The notes: generated by a model from the sequence alone, not told the origin. Shown: positions 51,604 through 62,711, numbered from the stretch's first letter. The stretch: 64,000 nt of DNA from Nitrosopumilus sp. (GCA_965218785.1 OZ244650.1:1472001-1536000); one strand, 5' to 3'. Numbers and translations: made by a program.

Positions 51604-52065
51604 TTAACAATTTGTTTTCATATACTCTTCGAATGGAACAACACTACGATTATCCTCATTTATTGCAAAATGAACCATTCTGGAATAACTCAAAGCACAC
51701 AAATCATTTTCCGGCAAATCAACACATCTTTCATCAGCATACTGGTAGAAATCATATATGGTTGTACCATACTTTAACTGAGCCATATCCAGATAATCTA
51801 CATATAATCTCATACATTCGTTAATCGTAGTCGGCCTTACTATGGGACAAATTGAATGACCAAGCTCTCCACCACATAACCACGTACAACCAAATTTTGT
51901 ATTTTTAGTAATATGTTGGCAACCTAATGAACATCCGTTGCGATCAGTTACTGCATTGACTCTGCAATCAAACGGAGCTTTGATGTCTGCTGATCCAAAA
52001 ATCTGATTAGACAAAATAAAACTCACGCTGATTACTATTATTATAATAACAATTTTGTATCGCAA
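51604..52065 (-). CDS. Secreted cysteine-rich hypothetical protein
   Basis: Signal peptide and about ten Cys residues. Confidence 0.65.
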   Translation of the reverse strand: MRYKIVIIIIVISVSFILSNQIFGSADIKAPFDCRVNAVTDRNGCSLGCQHITKNTKFGCTWLCGGELGHSICPIVRPTTINECMRLYVDYLDMAQLKYGTTIYDFYQYADERCVDLPENDLCALSYSRMVHFAINEDNRSVVPFEEYMKTNC

Positions 52066-52629
52066 ATTGATTTATTTCTCATTTGAATATTAAAAAAATG
52101 ACTACATTATAATTTTTAAGTCGAATATCAATTATATGCATATCTGTGGGGATGTAATAAAATAAAAAAAGAGGGTTGGGAAAATCTGTCAGTTATACAC
52201 TACGTGTGATTCACCGTTCCAGATCTTCCAACCTTGGATTTTTGCCTTGTCTCCGATTATGAATACATGGCAGCGACGACATGCCTTGATTGGATGTTCT
52301 GCTCTCTTGTTTTATTCAATCAGATTATGATGTTTGGAGTGTTGAGAGGTGTCACCATGGTCAAAGCACACTGCTTTGGATTCTCGTATCTGCTGGAACC
52401 AGACTAAATCCAGGCATATCTTTTCAGATATCACATCTAGAAACATCCGGAGGTGTTTGGTGTAATGCTTTTGGTTTCAGCGTTTTTTATGCCATCAGGG
52501 AATTTCTGATGGTGACTATCTTCAGATACTTTTTTGGATCTATCTTTAAGATTCATGTTTTATTGGTTGAATCAAATTTAAGCATCAATGGTGTGCAAAG
52601 AAGATTGGAATCTAAGATGCTCCCATCAG

Positions 52630-53175
52630 TCAGCTAGATTCAGGCGTAGATTTCTTATCTGTAGGCACGTGAGGTAACGACTTGCCTTCTATCCAATCCA
52701 GAAAACGTCTTCGTGCTAATGCGGAGCCTTTCTTCAAATCTTTTTGAAATTCCTCGAATTGGTCAGCATAAACTATCTTGTTTCCTTTTTGTCTATCCGT
52801 AATGTGATCTAGGCCTTCATGATTTTCAGGCGAGTCTGTGACCTTGTCAAAATATACTCTTACTGTTTTCTTTTTGCTCGTGTTGCACTGCTTTCTGAGC
52901 AGTCTAAGATTAAAACCGTCAGACCACTTTGAAAAAAAGAAATTCTTTTTCGGATTATCCAGTCTCTTTTTTGTGCTTACCTCAATTATGAAAAGATAGT
53001 CTTTGTATTCGAAAAGAGAATCAATCTCCCCGACCTCTTTATTTCCTTTTAAAATAATCTTTTCGGAACAATTCTTTTTAAAACCAAGATCAGTTAGAAA
53101 CTTTTCAACTTCTTCCTCATGGTGTTTCGTTTTAGGATTTACATTAGTCAAGATCGTGGAACCTTTTTCAGCCAT
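52630..53175 (-). CDS. PD-(D/E)XK nuclease-like protein
   Basis: EEEVEKFL..LGF ... GEIDSLFEYKDYLFIIEVST. Confidence 0.6.
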   Translation of the reverse strand: MAEKGSTILTNVNPKTKHHEEEVEKFLTDLGFKKNCSEKIILKGNKEVGEIDSLFEYKDYLFIIEVSTKKRLDNPKKNFFFSKWSDGFNLRLLRKQCNTSKKKTVRVYFDKVTDSPENHEGLDHITDRQKGNKIVYADQFEEFQKDLKKGSALARRRFLDWIEGKSLPHVPTDKKSTPESS

Positions 53176-54070
53176 CCAAAACGCATGAATTTGTTGTAGT
53201 ATCAAAGACGGTTCCCTTTCCGCATTTTGAATTGGGTTGTCCAGAAGACGAAGAGTCGCCGGTATCTAGAACGCATGAATTCGTTGTAGTATCAAAGACG
53301 GTTCCCTTTCCGCATTTTGAATTGGGTTGTCCAGAAGACGAAGAGTCGCCGGTATCTAGAACGCATGAATTCGTTGTAGTATCAAAGACGGTTCCTTTTC
53401 CGCATTTTGAATTGGGTTGTCCAGAAGACGGGGCGCTGCCGGTATCTAGAACACATGAATTCGTTGTAGTATCAAAGACGGTTCCTTTTCCGCATTTTGA
53501 ATTGGGTTGTCCAGAAGACGGGGCGCTGCCGGTGTTTTTGATAGCGGTATCAGTTTTAGCATCAGGTACTTTGGAATCATCAGACCCTGCTCTCGGTAAA
53601 GTATTATCAAAATATACCAGGCTATAACCTGCACCAAGAATAATCAAAATCAATACGGGAATTCCCACAAAGACCGAAATTTTCCATCTAATAGTTTTTT
53701 TCGGGTTTTTTAAACGAACGGATGGTGCAGGTACTTCTACAGGTTGGGATTCTGTGCCGACCTCAAATAATGAAGTGCCACAAACCATGCAAAAATTCGC
53801 ATCTAGTGGGCCCTGTTTTCCACATTTCCAACAATGAATCATTTCTTTATCATCAGGATTGTTTTTTGAATCTTCATCGGTTTCTGTTGTTTCATCAAAA
53901 GTATGTTTGGCTAGATATTTTTCTTTCATTTGTAGCAGGTAATTCTTGTCAGTTATCCAGATGGTTTTGTTTTGAATGTAGGCCTGTTTGATATGTTCTA
54001 ATCGGTATGAATCACCCACGCCAAGTTTGAGCAGGGTATTTACGTCATCTACAATATCTGTCGAATCCAC
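53168..54070 (-). CDS. Zinc-ribbon + TM protein with four extracellular Cys-pair repeats (CBM14/peritrophin-like half motif)
   Basis: CWKC/CMVC, a TM helix, and 4x SKCGKGTVFDTTTNSCVLD. Confidence 0.85.
   Translation of the reverse strand: MDSTDIVDDVNTLLKLGVGDSYRLEHIKQAYIQNKTIWITDKNYLLQMKEKYLAKHTFDETTETDEDSKNNPDDKEMIHCWKCGKQGPLDANFCMVCGTSLFEVGTESQPVEVPAPSVRLKNPKKTIRWKISVFVGIPVLILIILGAGYSLVYFDNTLPRAGSDDSKVPDAKTDTAIKNTGSAPSSGQPNSKCGKGTVFDTTTNSCVLDTGSAPSSGQPNSKCGKGTVFDTTTNSCVLDTGDSSSSGQPNSKCGKGTVFDTTTNSCVLDTGDSSSSGQPNSKCGKGTVFDTTTNSCVLDG
53172..53533. repeat. Four tandem 90-bp repeats within the CDS
   Basis: Near-identical 90-bp units. Confidence 0.9.
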
Positions 54071-54291
54071 AATAGCACCATTACAGGCTTATTCAAAATT
54101 GTTTCTTTTTAATATATAAAAAACAGGTATGAAATCATCCCTCCTCGTAGGAGTCGATTCTTTCATATCTGTCTGATTTGCAGAGACGCTGTATTTTTTT
54201 GATTTTACGATGACGATAAAGTCAAAAAATCATATCCTTTATTCTCATGATGAATTCGTTGCTTTCGAATCTTCAGGATTCGCCATCTTTT

Positions 54292-54543
54292 CTAATATCT
54301 GTGAAACACAAGAAATACTGCCTTGTAGATTCCCGCCATAACTCCGTTTTTGAAAAATGTGTTGATGAATATGCCATATGACTGATCATCTATTCCATCC
54401 GCGACCCCATCACATGGTTTGTAGATTTTGTAATGGTCTTGGATTGGCGTAAAATACATATCTAATTTACAGAGATGGTTTGAAAAAGATCCGGGCATAT
54501 ACTCTGCCTTGCACGTATCACAGTCGGATGTATGATTCCTCAT
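54292..54543 (-). CDS. Small hypothetical protein
   Basis: ATG-started ORF MRNHTSDCDTC...; no recognisable family. Confidence 0.35.
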   Translation of the reverse strand: MRNHTSDCDTCKAEYMPGSFSNHLCKLDMYFTPIQDHYKIYKPCDGVADGIDDQSYGIFINTFFKNGVMAGIYKAVFLVFHRY

Positions 54544-54598
54544 AGTTGTAACACCAAAAGATACAACACAAGTATAAAATCGTTCTAGTTTACTGACT

Positions 54599-54955
54599 TT
54601 AGGTCTGATCAAAGTTTCGGTTCCACTGTTTTGACCATCTTCGAATAAGATATACTGCAACTGCATATGTTACTGCCATCTGTATGAGAATACCAAATAC
54701 GGCATCCGCAGAATCATACTCCGGGAATACATGCGTCATGTCCGTCTCCAAGTCTTTCAAAGAAAATTCCTCGTCGGACATGCCAAGTATCGGATATATT
54801 GCGTTTAATGCAATGCTTGTGACAATACCTACTCCAAATATAAGCAGCAAGTACCATCGCAGCTTCTTTACGTGGTATGCAGCATACATGTCCCCGATTG
54901 GAACAAAGCAGTATAATGTCTGACGCAGTACGCTGACAGAACCGTTTGCAGGCAT
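54599..54955 (-). CDS. Small membrane protein
   Basis: Two to three TM segments; RRWSKQWN tail. Confidence 0.7.
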   Translation of the reverse strand: MPANGSVSVLRQTLYCFVPIGDMYAAYHVKKLRWYLLLIFGVGIVTSIALNAIYPILGMSDEEFSLKDLETDMTHVFPEYDSADAVFGILIQMAVTYAVAVYLIRRWSKQWNRNFDQT

Positions 54956-55490
54956 GAATCAATCAAACGTTCATAGCTATTTAGGATTACCGTTGATAAA
55001 GTCATGCTGCCAGAATGACATAATCTGTTTTATAATCTTTGTATCTTAACTTTCCTCACGAGTCTGCAATGTTGTGTTGTACTGATTCTTGAGGGATGGA
55101 TGGTCAAATTTTCCATCAGGATATGGTTATCAGCATCACAGTCAATGGTCGTTGTTTTAGGCCTATCTGATTTTGATATCCCAAGTACAACGCTGCCTGC
55201 TGCCCTTCTGTGGTCTTTTCTATCAGACAGACAAGACCGCTGTCTGATCTTTCCACCGGTGCGTGGATCGCCTTTTGCTTGTCTGGTGTGTTTTAGCAGA
55301 TGTAGGTACTGCCATGGTACCAAGCGCGAGGAGTGTACCCACCATCCCAAAAAATATGACATGGTTTTGCATTATCACTGCAGTCAGGTATCTGTTATTT
55401 ATTTAACAAATGCCATGACCAAGTCCGCCACAAGGGAGTTGATAAAGTCCTCATAGACGGATTAAAATTGGACTGGGTTGGAGTGAATCT

Positions 55491-55622
55491 ATGAAAGCCA
55501 AATTTAATGGAAAATGCGTTGAATGCGGGGAAGCAATCAAGGCAGGCAAAGAGATTCTAAAAAACTCTGATGAAAAATGGGTACACAAAGCATGCTGTGA
55601 TCTGGAAGAAGAACTGCCATAA
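55491..55622 (+). CDS. Small zinc-binding protein (43 aa)
   Basis: Manual translation MKAKFNGKCVECGEAIKAGKEILKNSDEKWVHKACCDLEEELP (CxxC...HxxC). Confidence 0.75.
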   Translation: MKAKFNGKCVECGEAIKAGKEILKNSDEKWVHKACCDLEEELP

Positions 55623-55683
55623 TACAGATAAACTTGAATAAATTAATAGCAACTTTTTTAAAGTAATTGAAAAAAGTGATACC

Positions 55684-56115
55684 ATGATGAATGGAAGATC
55701 AGGCATTATTTTGATGGCATCAGTCATAGCGGTATTTGCCGTAATGATGACTCCGGGAAACATTTCAGCTGAAACAAGCCAGAATATTGTTACGGTAACT
55801 CCAATGAACGAAGAAATTAGCCTGCAGCAGACAATAACCACAATGAGTGTTCCGCAGGATAACAAACTTCCATGGGGCACAGTCAAAGGTTCCGCATCAG
55901 ATTATGTTGAAAGATACCCGGTAATCATCCAGTTTTACAAGGGAGAGGATCCTGTTCACGTTAGTCAGGTAGATGTAAAGGGAGACGGTTCTTATGAATA
56001 CAAATTCAGGGTCAGAAGCCTTGATTCAAACACCGGGGAATTTATAAATATTTTTGAAGGGGATTATATCGTAAAGATCTTTAGAGTAATTCCAAATACA
56101 AACAGCCAGATATAG
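55684..56115 (+). CDS. Secreted hypothetical protein
   Basis: Signal peptide; beta-rich sequence. Confidence 0.8.
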   Translation: MMNGRSGIILMASVIAVFAVMMTPGNISAETSQNIVTVTPMNEEISLQQTITTMSVPQDNKLPWGTVKGSASDYVERYPVIIQFYKGEDPVHVSQVDVKGDGSYEYKFRVRSLDSNTGEFINIFEGDYIVKIFRVIPNTNSQI

Positions 56116-56433
56116 AATCAACAAAGACACCATGTAATACAAGACATGTTTATATGATATTCTTACTTGTTTTAGTAATACTGACTCTAAATATTACACA
56201 GACAGATATTATTATTCCTGAATCATCCAATCTAGCTAAAGACACGGTAGGATCCCATAGAACATATCTAGACAAATTTTACGAATTCTCCAAAATCAAA
56301 GGGAATGGCATCTCTTAAAACTGGGACATTCGTGGGATGAGAACCCTCCCATGTATGACAAGTTGGCTTTTGATGTAATGCACAGAGATTTAACTGAACA
56401 TGACAAAGATGTGATCAGTGGGAAATACTGAAG

Positions 56434-56972
56434 ATGAATAAAAAAACATATCCGTAATTGCAATCCTATCTGTTGCATCTGCATTGATTCCTATGATAAT
56501 ATTATTTGGAACCCCCTGTACAGAAGTACACATATCAGAAGTATACGCTTCACAAGAAGAAGTTATGGACATATCAACCCTTATTGTCAAGGGCAAAATT
56601 AATGACTCTCGTGTGGAAAAAACACACATTGACGGTCCTGATTCACATGAATGGGTATTTACAATTTGGACTCTTGAACCAAACAAGACATACAAGGGAG
56701 AAGATTTGCAGTACGTTGACTTTAAAACCATAGGTGGATCACCGTGTTATGGAATTAGAACAAGCGGATTTCCACATTTTAACGTAGGTGATGAAGTGTT
56801 GGTAATGCTTGACAGTTCCCCAGATTCCATATATGGAGATGATTATCATCTTGTATCCATATTGAGTGGGGCATATCTCATAACTTACGGAAAGGCAGTA
56901 AATGCGGAAAAAATTGAAATAAACGAGGGCGATTTAGAGATCAAAATTAAGAGTCATTTGGGAATCCAATGA
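56434..56972 (+). pseudogene. Secreted OB/TIMP-like protein with a frameshift in an N-terminal A7 tract
   Basis: ATG at 56434 is 1 nt out of frame with ORF 56484-56972; A8 would give MNKKNISVIAILSVASALIP. Confidence 0.6.
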
Positions 56973-57255
56973 CTGTCCCGACTGAATTTTCTCAAAAAGA
57001 TCAAAGTTGCAGATTCATGACCGCATCAATCCAATCACATGTAGAGAAACCAATCTAAAATAACAAAGCTTCTTGAAAAACATCAGTGACTAGAAAAGAT
57101 CATCATCTTTGAGTTTTTGTAATTTCAGTATAAGGTTTCATCTTTGTGCATATCCAATAATGGTAATTAAGGACCTGCAGATGGTGGTGTCAGTCTAAAT
57201 TTTTAAAATTATTCAGAGAATTCATATACTGAATGAATATATGATGAGCTAGAAA

Positions 57256-57795
57256 ATGACAAAGAACTTTTGGCACGATATCGAGCCAGGAAATGACGTT
57301 CCAGAAATCATTAATGTAATAGTAGAAATCCCAAAAGGTTCCATGAACAAATACGAGTATGATAAAAAACACAATATGATAAAACTAGACAGAGTGTTAT
57401 TTTCACCGTTTCATTATCCAGGAGATTACGGACTTGTACCTCAGACACTATCTGAAGATGGGGACCCACTTGATGCACTAGTACTTGTAACTAATGCAAC
57501 ATATCCGGGAATTCTCATCGAGGCCAGACCCATTGGATTGCTTCAGATGAAAGACGACGGGGAACCAGACGACAAGATTATCTGTGTGTCAACTAATGAT
57601 CCCAGATATCTGCATACGGTAGATATCAAGGATGTAGAAGATCACTATCGTTCTGAGATTGCACATTTTTTTCAGGTTTACAAGGATTTGGAGGGAAAAA
57701 AGGTGGAGATTTTTGGATGGGGTTCAGCAAAGGAAACAAAAACCGTGATTATTGATTCCATAAAGAGATACAAAAATACCCTGAAAAAATATTAA
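57256..57795 (+). CDS. ppa: Inorganic pyrophosphatase
   Basis: EIPKGS.NKYE, YPGDYG, DGDPLDALV, DDKII. Confidence 0.96.
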   Translation: MTKNFWHDIEPGNDVPEIINVIVEIPKGSMNKYEYDKKHNMIKLDRVLFSPFHYPGDYGLVPQTLSEDGDPLDALVLVTNATYPGILIEARPIGLLQMKDDGEPDDKIICVSTNDPRYLHTVDIKDVEDHYRSEIAHFFQVYKDLEGKKVEIFGWGSAKETKTVIIDSIKRYKNTLKKY

Positions 57796-57865
57796 TCATG
57801 TCAAAAGAATGAATATTTCCCTCAAAAAAAAGAGTCACTCCAAATACAGGGGGGTTATTTCAAAA

Positions 57866-58846
57866 CTAAATTTTTCTTTTAACCTCAAAAATTGTATAGC
57901 CGTATTTTTGATTCATTGTGTTATCAGAGAGTTGTGTAAGCTCATATCCGGCAAAATCCTTTATGATTTGGTACATGTTATCGCCAATTACAAGGCTGTT
58001 TTCAGGGCAAAGGGAATTGATTTTAAAACACCGGTTGACGGTGGGTCCAAAAATGTCGCCGATATTAGAGGTCGTACTTTGGGCCACTCTTACAGAACCA
58101 TATGTTACACTGATCTTATAGTTTAATTCAGGCATATTTTGCGCCATCAGTTGTTCCCTTAGCTTGTCATGGGATTCAATCATGGACAGACAACAGTCCA
58201 AAATTCCTTTCATCGACGCGCTATCAGAAGAATCAACATTAGAAAATCTAAACATTAATGCATCACCGATATTTTTTACCACTTCGCCACGGTGTTTACG
58301 AACAATTTTTGCCATAAAATTTAGAAAAATCTCATACAGTTTAGTAACATCTTCATCAGACAGGCCAGCTGAAATGATAGTAGAGTCTTTCATGTCGATG
58401 ACTCCCACGCAGTCGTTTTCAACGTGCTCGGAAAACTTTAGTAGGATTTCTTCCTGCTGTTGAATTACTTCGTCTTTCTGTTTGATTGTAATTTGTGCCT
58501 CTTGGAGCTCCTTTACCATGGTATCAAAAGAGGACGAAAGCTGGCCAATCTCATCGCAGGATTGTATGTTGGTTCGAACACTGAAATCACCCTTGGCAAT
58601 TTTGTTAGCAGCATCACTTAGTTTGATTATTGGACCAGAGAGGCGCTTTGAGAGAAAATATGTCAGAATACTTAGTCCGATCATCAATGTAATGCCAAGT
58701 AATACGATATTTTCCTCTAGTTCAAAAAGTGGAATTTTGTCAAAATTCAGAAATAAGACGGTGGTAATGGATATGGAAATTACGGTTGTAGATAACACCA
58801 ATGCCAGTAATTTTTTCTGGAGGCTAAAGAAGATGGAATTGCGCAT
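57866..58846 (-). CDS. Membrane HAMP-domain class III adenylate/guanylate cyclase
   Basis: Two TM segments, HAMP (DEIGQLSSSF), IDMKDST, KNIGDALM, DIFGPTVN. Confidence 0.88.
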   Translation of the reverse strand: MRNSIFFSLQKKLLALVLSTTVISISITTVLFLNFDKIPLFELEENIVLLGITLMIGLSILTYFLSKRLSGPIIKLSDAANKIAKGDFSVRTNIQSCDEIGQLSSSFDTMVKELQEAQITIKQKDEVIQQQEEILLKFSEHVENDCVGVIDMKDSTIISAGLSDEDVTKLYEIFLNFMAKIVRKHRGEVVKNIGDALMFRFSNVDSSDSASMKGILDCCLSMIESHDKLREQLMAQNMPELNYKISVTYGSVRVAQSTTSNIGDIFGPTVNRCFKINSLCPENSLVIGDNMYQIIKDFAGYELTQLSDNTMNQKYGYTIFEVKRKI

Positions 58847-58874
58847 GTTGATACTTTATAATCTTCTGGCAGAT

Positions 58875-58923
58875 TAAATAATCAATACTAAATACTATAT
58901 ACTAAATAATCAATACTAAATAC
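58875..58923. repeat. 21-bp direct repeat (28-bp period) in a divergent promoter region
   Basis: TAAATAATCAATACTAAATAC at 58875 and 58903. Confidence 0.8.
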
Positions 58924-58964
58924 CATACATCATATATTATAATAGTCATTTCAAGGAAGGACAG

Positions 58965-60737
58965 ATGACAGGATATCAGCTTGGCAGATGGGATCTATCA
59001 GAACTGGCAAAAAATCCAAAGAGCCCTGCATTCCAAAAACAAATTCAGGAATTAGAAAAACAAGCCAAAAAATTCGAAAAGATAAAATCAGAATTAAGCC
59101 CAAAAATATCTTCAAAAAAATTCTCCGGTATTCTCAAAGAAGTAGAGGGCATTTCTGAAAAGATGAGCAGGATTGGAGGATATGCATCACTATCATATTC
59201 CTCAGATACGCAGTCAGATGAGGCCACATCCCTAATGACAAGAATGTCAAAACTGGGCTCTGAAATTTCCAACAAAATACTGTTTTTTGACTTGTGGTGG
59301 AAAACACAGATCGATGAAAAAAATGCAAAAAGACTCATGAAGGATGCAGGAGAGCTCGAGGAATATTTGGCATACAAAAGGCGGTTTGCAAAATATGCGC
59401 TCAGTGAACCTGAGGAGAGAATTATCAATACGTTGGATGTTACAGGCATATCGGCACTTGTGAAACTTTATGACAAAATTACAAATTCCTATGAATACAA
59501 GATGAACATAGGAAACAAATCCAAGATACTGACAAGAGAAGAGCTTACAAATTACGTAAGAAATACAAATCCAAAAATTCGTGAAACAGCCTACAAGACA
59601 ATTCTTACAAAATATGCCAAAAACAAGGGGGTGGTAGGGGAGATTTATCAAAATATCGTTCTTAACTGGAGAAACGAGGGAATTGAAATCAGGGGTTACA
59701 AGTCCCCGATATCGATGAGAAACATTGGAAACGATGTGGATGACAGGACAATAGAATCACTCCTTTCAGTTTGTCAGCAAAATTCTTCCGTATTTCAAAA
59801 ATTCTTTGTTCAAAAAGCAAGGATGTTGAAAATGAAAAAACTAAGAAGGTATGACGTATATGCGCCGGCCACTGCCAACATCAAGGAAAAAAATTACACG
59901 TATTCCAAGTCAGTAAAATTGGTCTTTGAATCATTAGGTAAATTCAGTAAGACACTAGAAGGATTTGCAAGAAAAGTATTCAATGAGAACCACATAGACT
60001 CGTCAGTAAGACAGGGCAAGAGAGACGGGGCATTTTGCAGTACGCTTTCACCTAAAATTACACCATATGTATTGGTAAATTTTACAGGCAAGTCAAGAGA
60101 TGTCTTTACATTGGCTCATGAATTAGGTCATGCAGTACACAGCCAAGCAGCACAAGACAGATCAATTCTTGTGCAGGATGCACCGCTGCCTTTAGCTGAA
60201 ACGGCATCCACTTTTTCAGAGCTGTTATTATATGATAATCTGTCTGACAGGATTTCAGATGATGAAAAGAAAATCATGCTGTCAGAAAAAATTGATGATT
60301 TGTATGCGACAATCCTCAGACAGTCGTTTTTTACAATCTTTGAAGTTGATGCCCACAGTCAAATTGGAAGGGGAACCACGATAGATGAAATTTCAGAGAC
60401 ATATCTGCAAAATCTGAAAAAACAGTTTGGAAATTCAGTTAATGTCTCGGATGATTTTGCAATAGAATGGAGTTGTATTCCTCATTTTTATCATACGCCG
60501 TTTTACTGCTACGCCTACTCGTTTGGAAATCTGCTTGCACTGTCATTGTTTCAAAGATATAAAAAAGAAGGAAGTGATTTTGCCTCATCATACATCAGCA
60601 TACTTGCGGCAGGAGGTTCTAAAAAACCAGAAAAACTTCTTTCAGAATACGGATTTGACATCAGATCTCCGAAATTCTGGAAGGAGGGTTTTGATTATAT
60701 CGATGGGCAAGTCAAGGCATTAGCGGCATTAAACTAG
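58965..60737 (+). CDS. pepF: M3 family oligoendopeptidase F
   Basis: GKRDGAFC, TLAHELGHAVH, AETASTF, PHFYHTPFY. Confidence 0.92.
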   Translation: MTGYQLGRWDLSELAKNPKSPAFQKQIQELEKQAKKFEKIKSELSPKISSKKFSGILKEVEGISEKMSRIGGYASLSYSSDTQSDEATSLMTRMSKLGSEISNKILFFDLWWKTQIDEKNAKRLMKDAGELEEYLAYKRRFAKYALSEPEERIINTLDVTGISALVKLYDKITNSYEYKMNIGNKSKILTREELTNYVRNTNPKIRETAYKTILTKYAKNKGVVGEIYQNIVLNWRNEGIEIRGYKSPISMRNIGNDVDDRTIESLLSVCQQNSSVFQKFFVQKARMLKMKKLRRYDVYAPATANIKEKNYTYSKSVKLVFESLGKFSKTLEGFARKVFNENHIDSSVRQGKRDGAFCSTLSPKITPYVLVNFTGKSRDVFTLAHELGHAVHSQAAQDRSILVQDAPLPLAETASTFSELLLYDNLSDRISDDEKKIMLSEKIDDLYATILRQSFFTIFEVDAHSQIGRGTTIDEISETYLQNLKKQFGNSVNVSDDFAIEWSCIPHFYHTPFYCYAYSFGNLLALSLFQRYKKEGSDFASSYISILAAGGSKKPEKLLSEYGFDIRSPKFWKEGFDYIDGQVKALAALN

Positions 60738-61007
60738 TCTAAATAAATGGGGCTGACAGTCCAACGCATGGACTGCCAGCTTGTTCCCCGAACGGTTTGA
60801 ATTCGATGTCAATTTTCACACGACAGTAATGAGATTTAAACGTTTGAAATTATTCCAAATTCGATCTATTTGGCCCAATCCTTCCAATCGTACTTTGATG
60901 TATTTGTGTAAAAAAATGGAAGAAATTCATCGGATTTTGGGCATTTCAGAGCAACGAAAATAAGCGTAAATTTAATAATTTCATTACCCAGGCAGTAGTA
61001 GCTACCC

Positions 61008-62159
61008 ATGCAAAAAAACATCTTCATCATGACATTGATTGTGCTGATCGGATCTGCAACGAATTTTGCATACTCAGAAGAAGTGGGTCTTGCCACATTC
61101 CAGGAAATAGCACAGATAGTTGTAGATGGGAGCATATCTCAAAACGTTACTGCATCAATTACATTGCAGAGTACCAGCATTCAAGAAATCAAGATTCCTG
61201 CAAAAGTGGAACAAAAAATCATACAAGACGGCATAGTAAAGGCCATAATTTTGACGAATCAGGGACAGTGTATTATAGGAGTCTTTGATCAGTCATGCAT
61301 TATGATAAATGTGGAGAGGAATCCCCAGGACAAAGGGGTTATCGCCATTCAAAATTCTACAAGAGTGATTGCAGAAAGATACATTGATGATATCAACAAA
61401 ACATTTGATACGAATGCCAAATTTCATTCTGTTTTTATTCACGGTGAGAATATATCAAACAAGGTACTTGAAACTTCAGGAGTAGTCTCCGGCAGGGGGA
61501 TAATTTCAGCAGTCTACACAATGCCCATGGAAGATACTGATTCAATGTATCAAAAGATTTCATCCATACTTGTTCCAAAAATAATCAGGGATGGCGGAGG
61601 GTTTTATGATGTTGCAAAGAATCTATCATTTGAAAAAAATTCAAAGATGACGTTTTCATTGATTCCGCTGGATACAAAATCATTGTTGCAATTAAAATTA
61701 TCGGTGGATTATCCAAATAAAGCCGCAACAATTTCTGAAATCAATCCATTAGAATTTCTCAAAACAGAAGAACTTAGGAGATCAGATTATTTTTCAGCAG
61801 GATTTTATCCATTAAATTCCATAATTCAGGTGGTAGTGCTATCGCCTGAAAATACAAATGTTTCAGACATACAGGGGAATACTGTTCCGACACAGATCAT
61901 AGGTAATGAGAAGGTTCCCACAGATCTTACAAAAAATGGATGGATTTTTGATCCTGACGAGGGGCAGAGAATTCAAGGCAAGTACGTTTTTGGCGAAAAA
62001 ACATCCGTAAATCAAAAAGAATTAAAATTTTCGCTGGGTGGGGAACTGCCGGTCATAGAACCTGAAATGGAATTTGATAAATCAATTCCGGTAATAGTTA
62101 TAATTACAGTCGTTGCAATAGCAGTGGCAGTATTTTATCTAAAAGGGTACAGAAAATAA
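61008..62159 (+). CDS. Exported protein with a C-terminal membrane anchor
   Basis: Signal peptide; C-terminal TM followed by KGYRK. Confidence 0.8.
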   Translation: MQKNIFIMTLIVLIGSATNFAYSEEVGLATFQEIAQIVVDGSISQNVTASITLQSTSIQEIKIPAKVEQKIIQDGIVKAIILTNQGQCIIGVFDQSCIMINVERNPQDKGVIAIQNSTRVIAERYIDDINKTFDTNAKFHSVFIHGENISNKVLETSGVVSGRGIISAVYTMPMEDTDSMYQKISSILVPKIIRDGGGFYDVAKNLSFEKNSKMTFSLIPLDTKSLLQLKLSVDYPNKAATISEINPLEFLKTEELRRSDYFSAGFYPLNSIIQVVVLSPENTNVSDIQGNTVPTQIIGNEKVPTDLTKNGWIFDPDEGQRIQGKYVFGEKTSVNQKELKFSLGGELPVIEPEMEFDKSIPVIVIITVVAIAVAVFYLKGYRK

Positions 62160-62711
62160 TTAGAATATTAAAACTGCGGCGGCAAATACAGTAGTCCATT
62201 TGCCATCCTTGTCGCCTCTTGCAGACTGGGTAATATTATGAGTATTATAGATTTGACCGGAAATTGACCACTGTTGTCTTTTTTCATTCCATGCCTTGTC
62301 AACATCAAATGGAATTCCCAGGGAGGATGCAAGCATCTGGGCTGCAATATCTTCAGCATAATCACCTGCCTGAACCGCATTTTGACCAAAAGACTCGTGT
62401 TCGGACAGATAGCCGTATCTTTTCTTATCTTTTGGTTGTGCAAGGCCTACGGATGCAGCACATGCCCTGTGTGGTTCATTGGTTTGATTCCGGGAATAGA
62501 TTGTGAAAAGAATCTGTCCGGGATTGATTTGTTTAAGGCCTTCTTTTCTTGAAATTAATTTGGCATTTGGAGGAAAGATGCTCGATATCAACACAAGATT
62601 CGTTCCTGCAATTCCTGCATCTCTTAAGGCGTACTCAAAACTTGTCAGTCTGTCCTCGTGTATTCCCTTGCCTTTTGTAAGAAACAGTTTCTTGGCTACT
62701 AAATCCAGCAT
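62160..62711 (-). CDS. pdaD: Pyruvoyl-dependent arginine decarboxylase
   Basis: SFEYALRDAGI..NLVLISSIFP, GYLSEH, WTTVFAAAV. Confidence 0.92.
   Translation of the reverse strand: MLDLVAKKLFLTKGKGIHEDRLTSFEYALRDAGIAGTNLVLISSIFPPNAKLISRKEGLKQINPGQILFTIYSRNQTNEPHRACAASVGLAQPKDKKRYGYLSEHESFGQNAVQAGDYAEDIAAQMLASSLGIPFDVDKAWNEKRQQWSISGQIYNTHNITQSARGDKDGKWTTVFAAAVLIF

Noticed and set aside
52180-52630. Minus-strand coding-like fragments and plus-strand ORF 52290-52637
   Set aside because: Interrupted by stops with no recognisable family; too weak to call.
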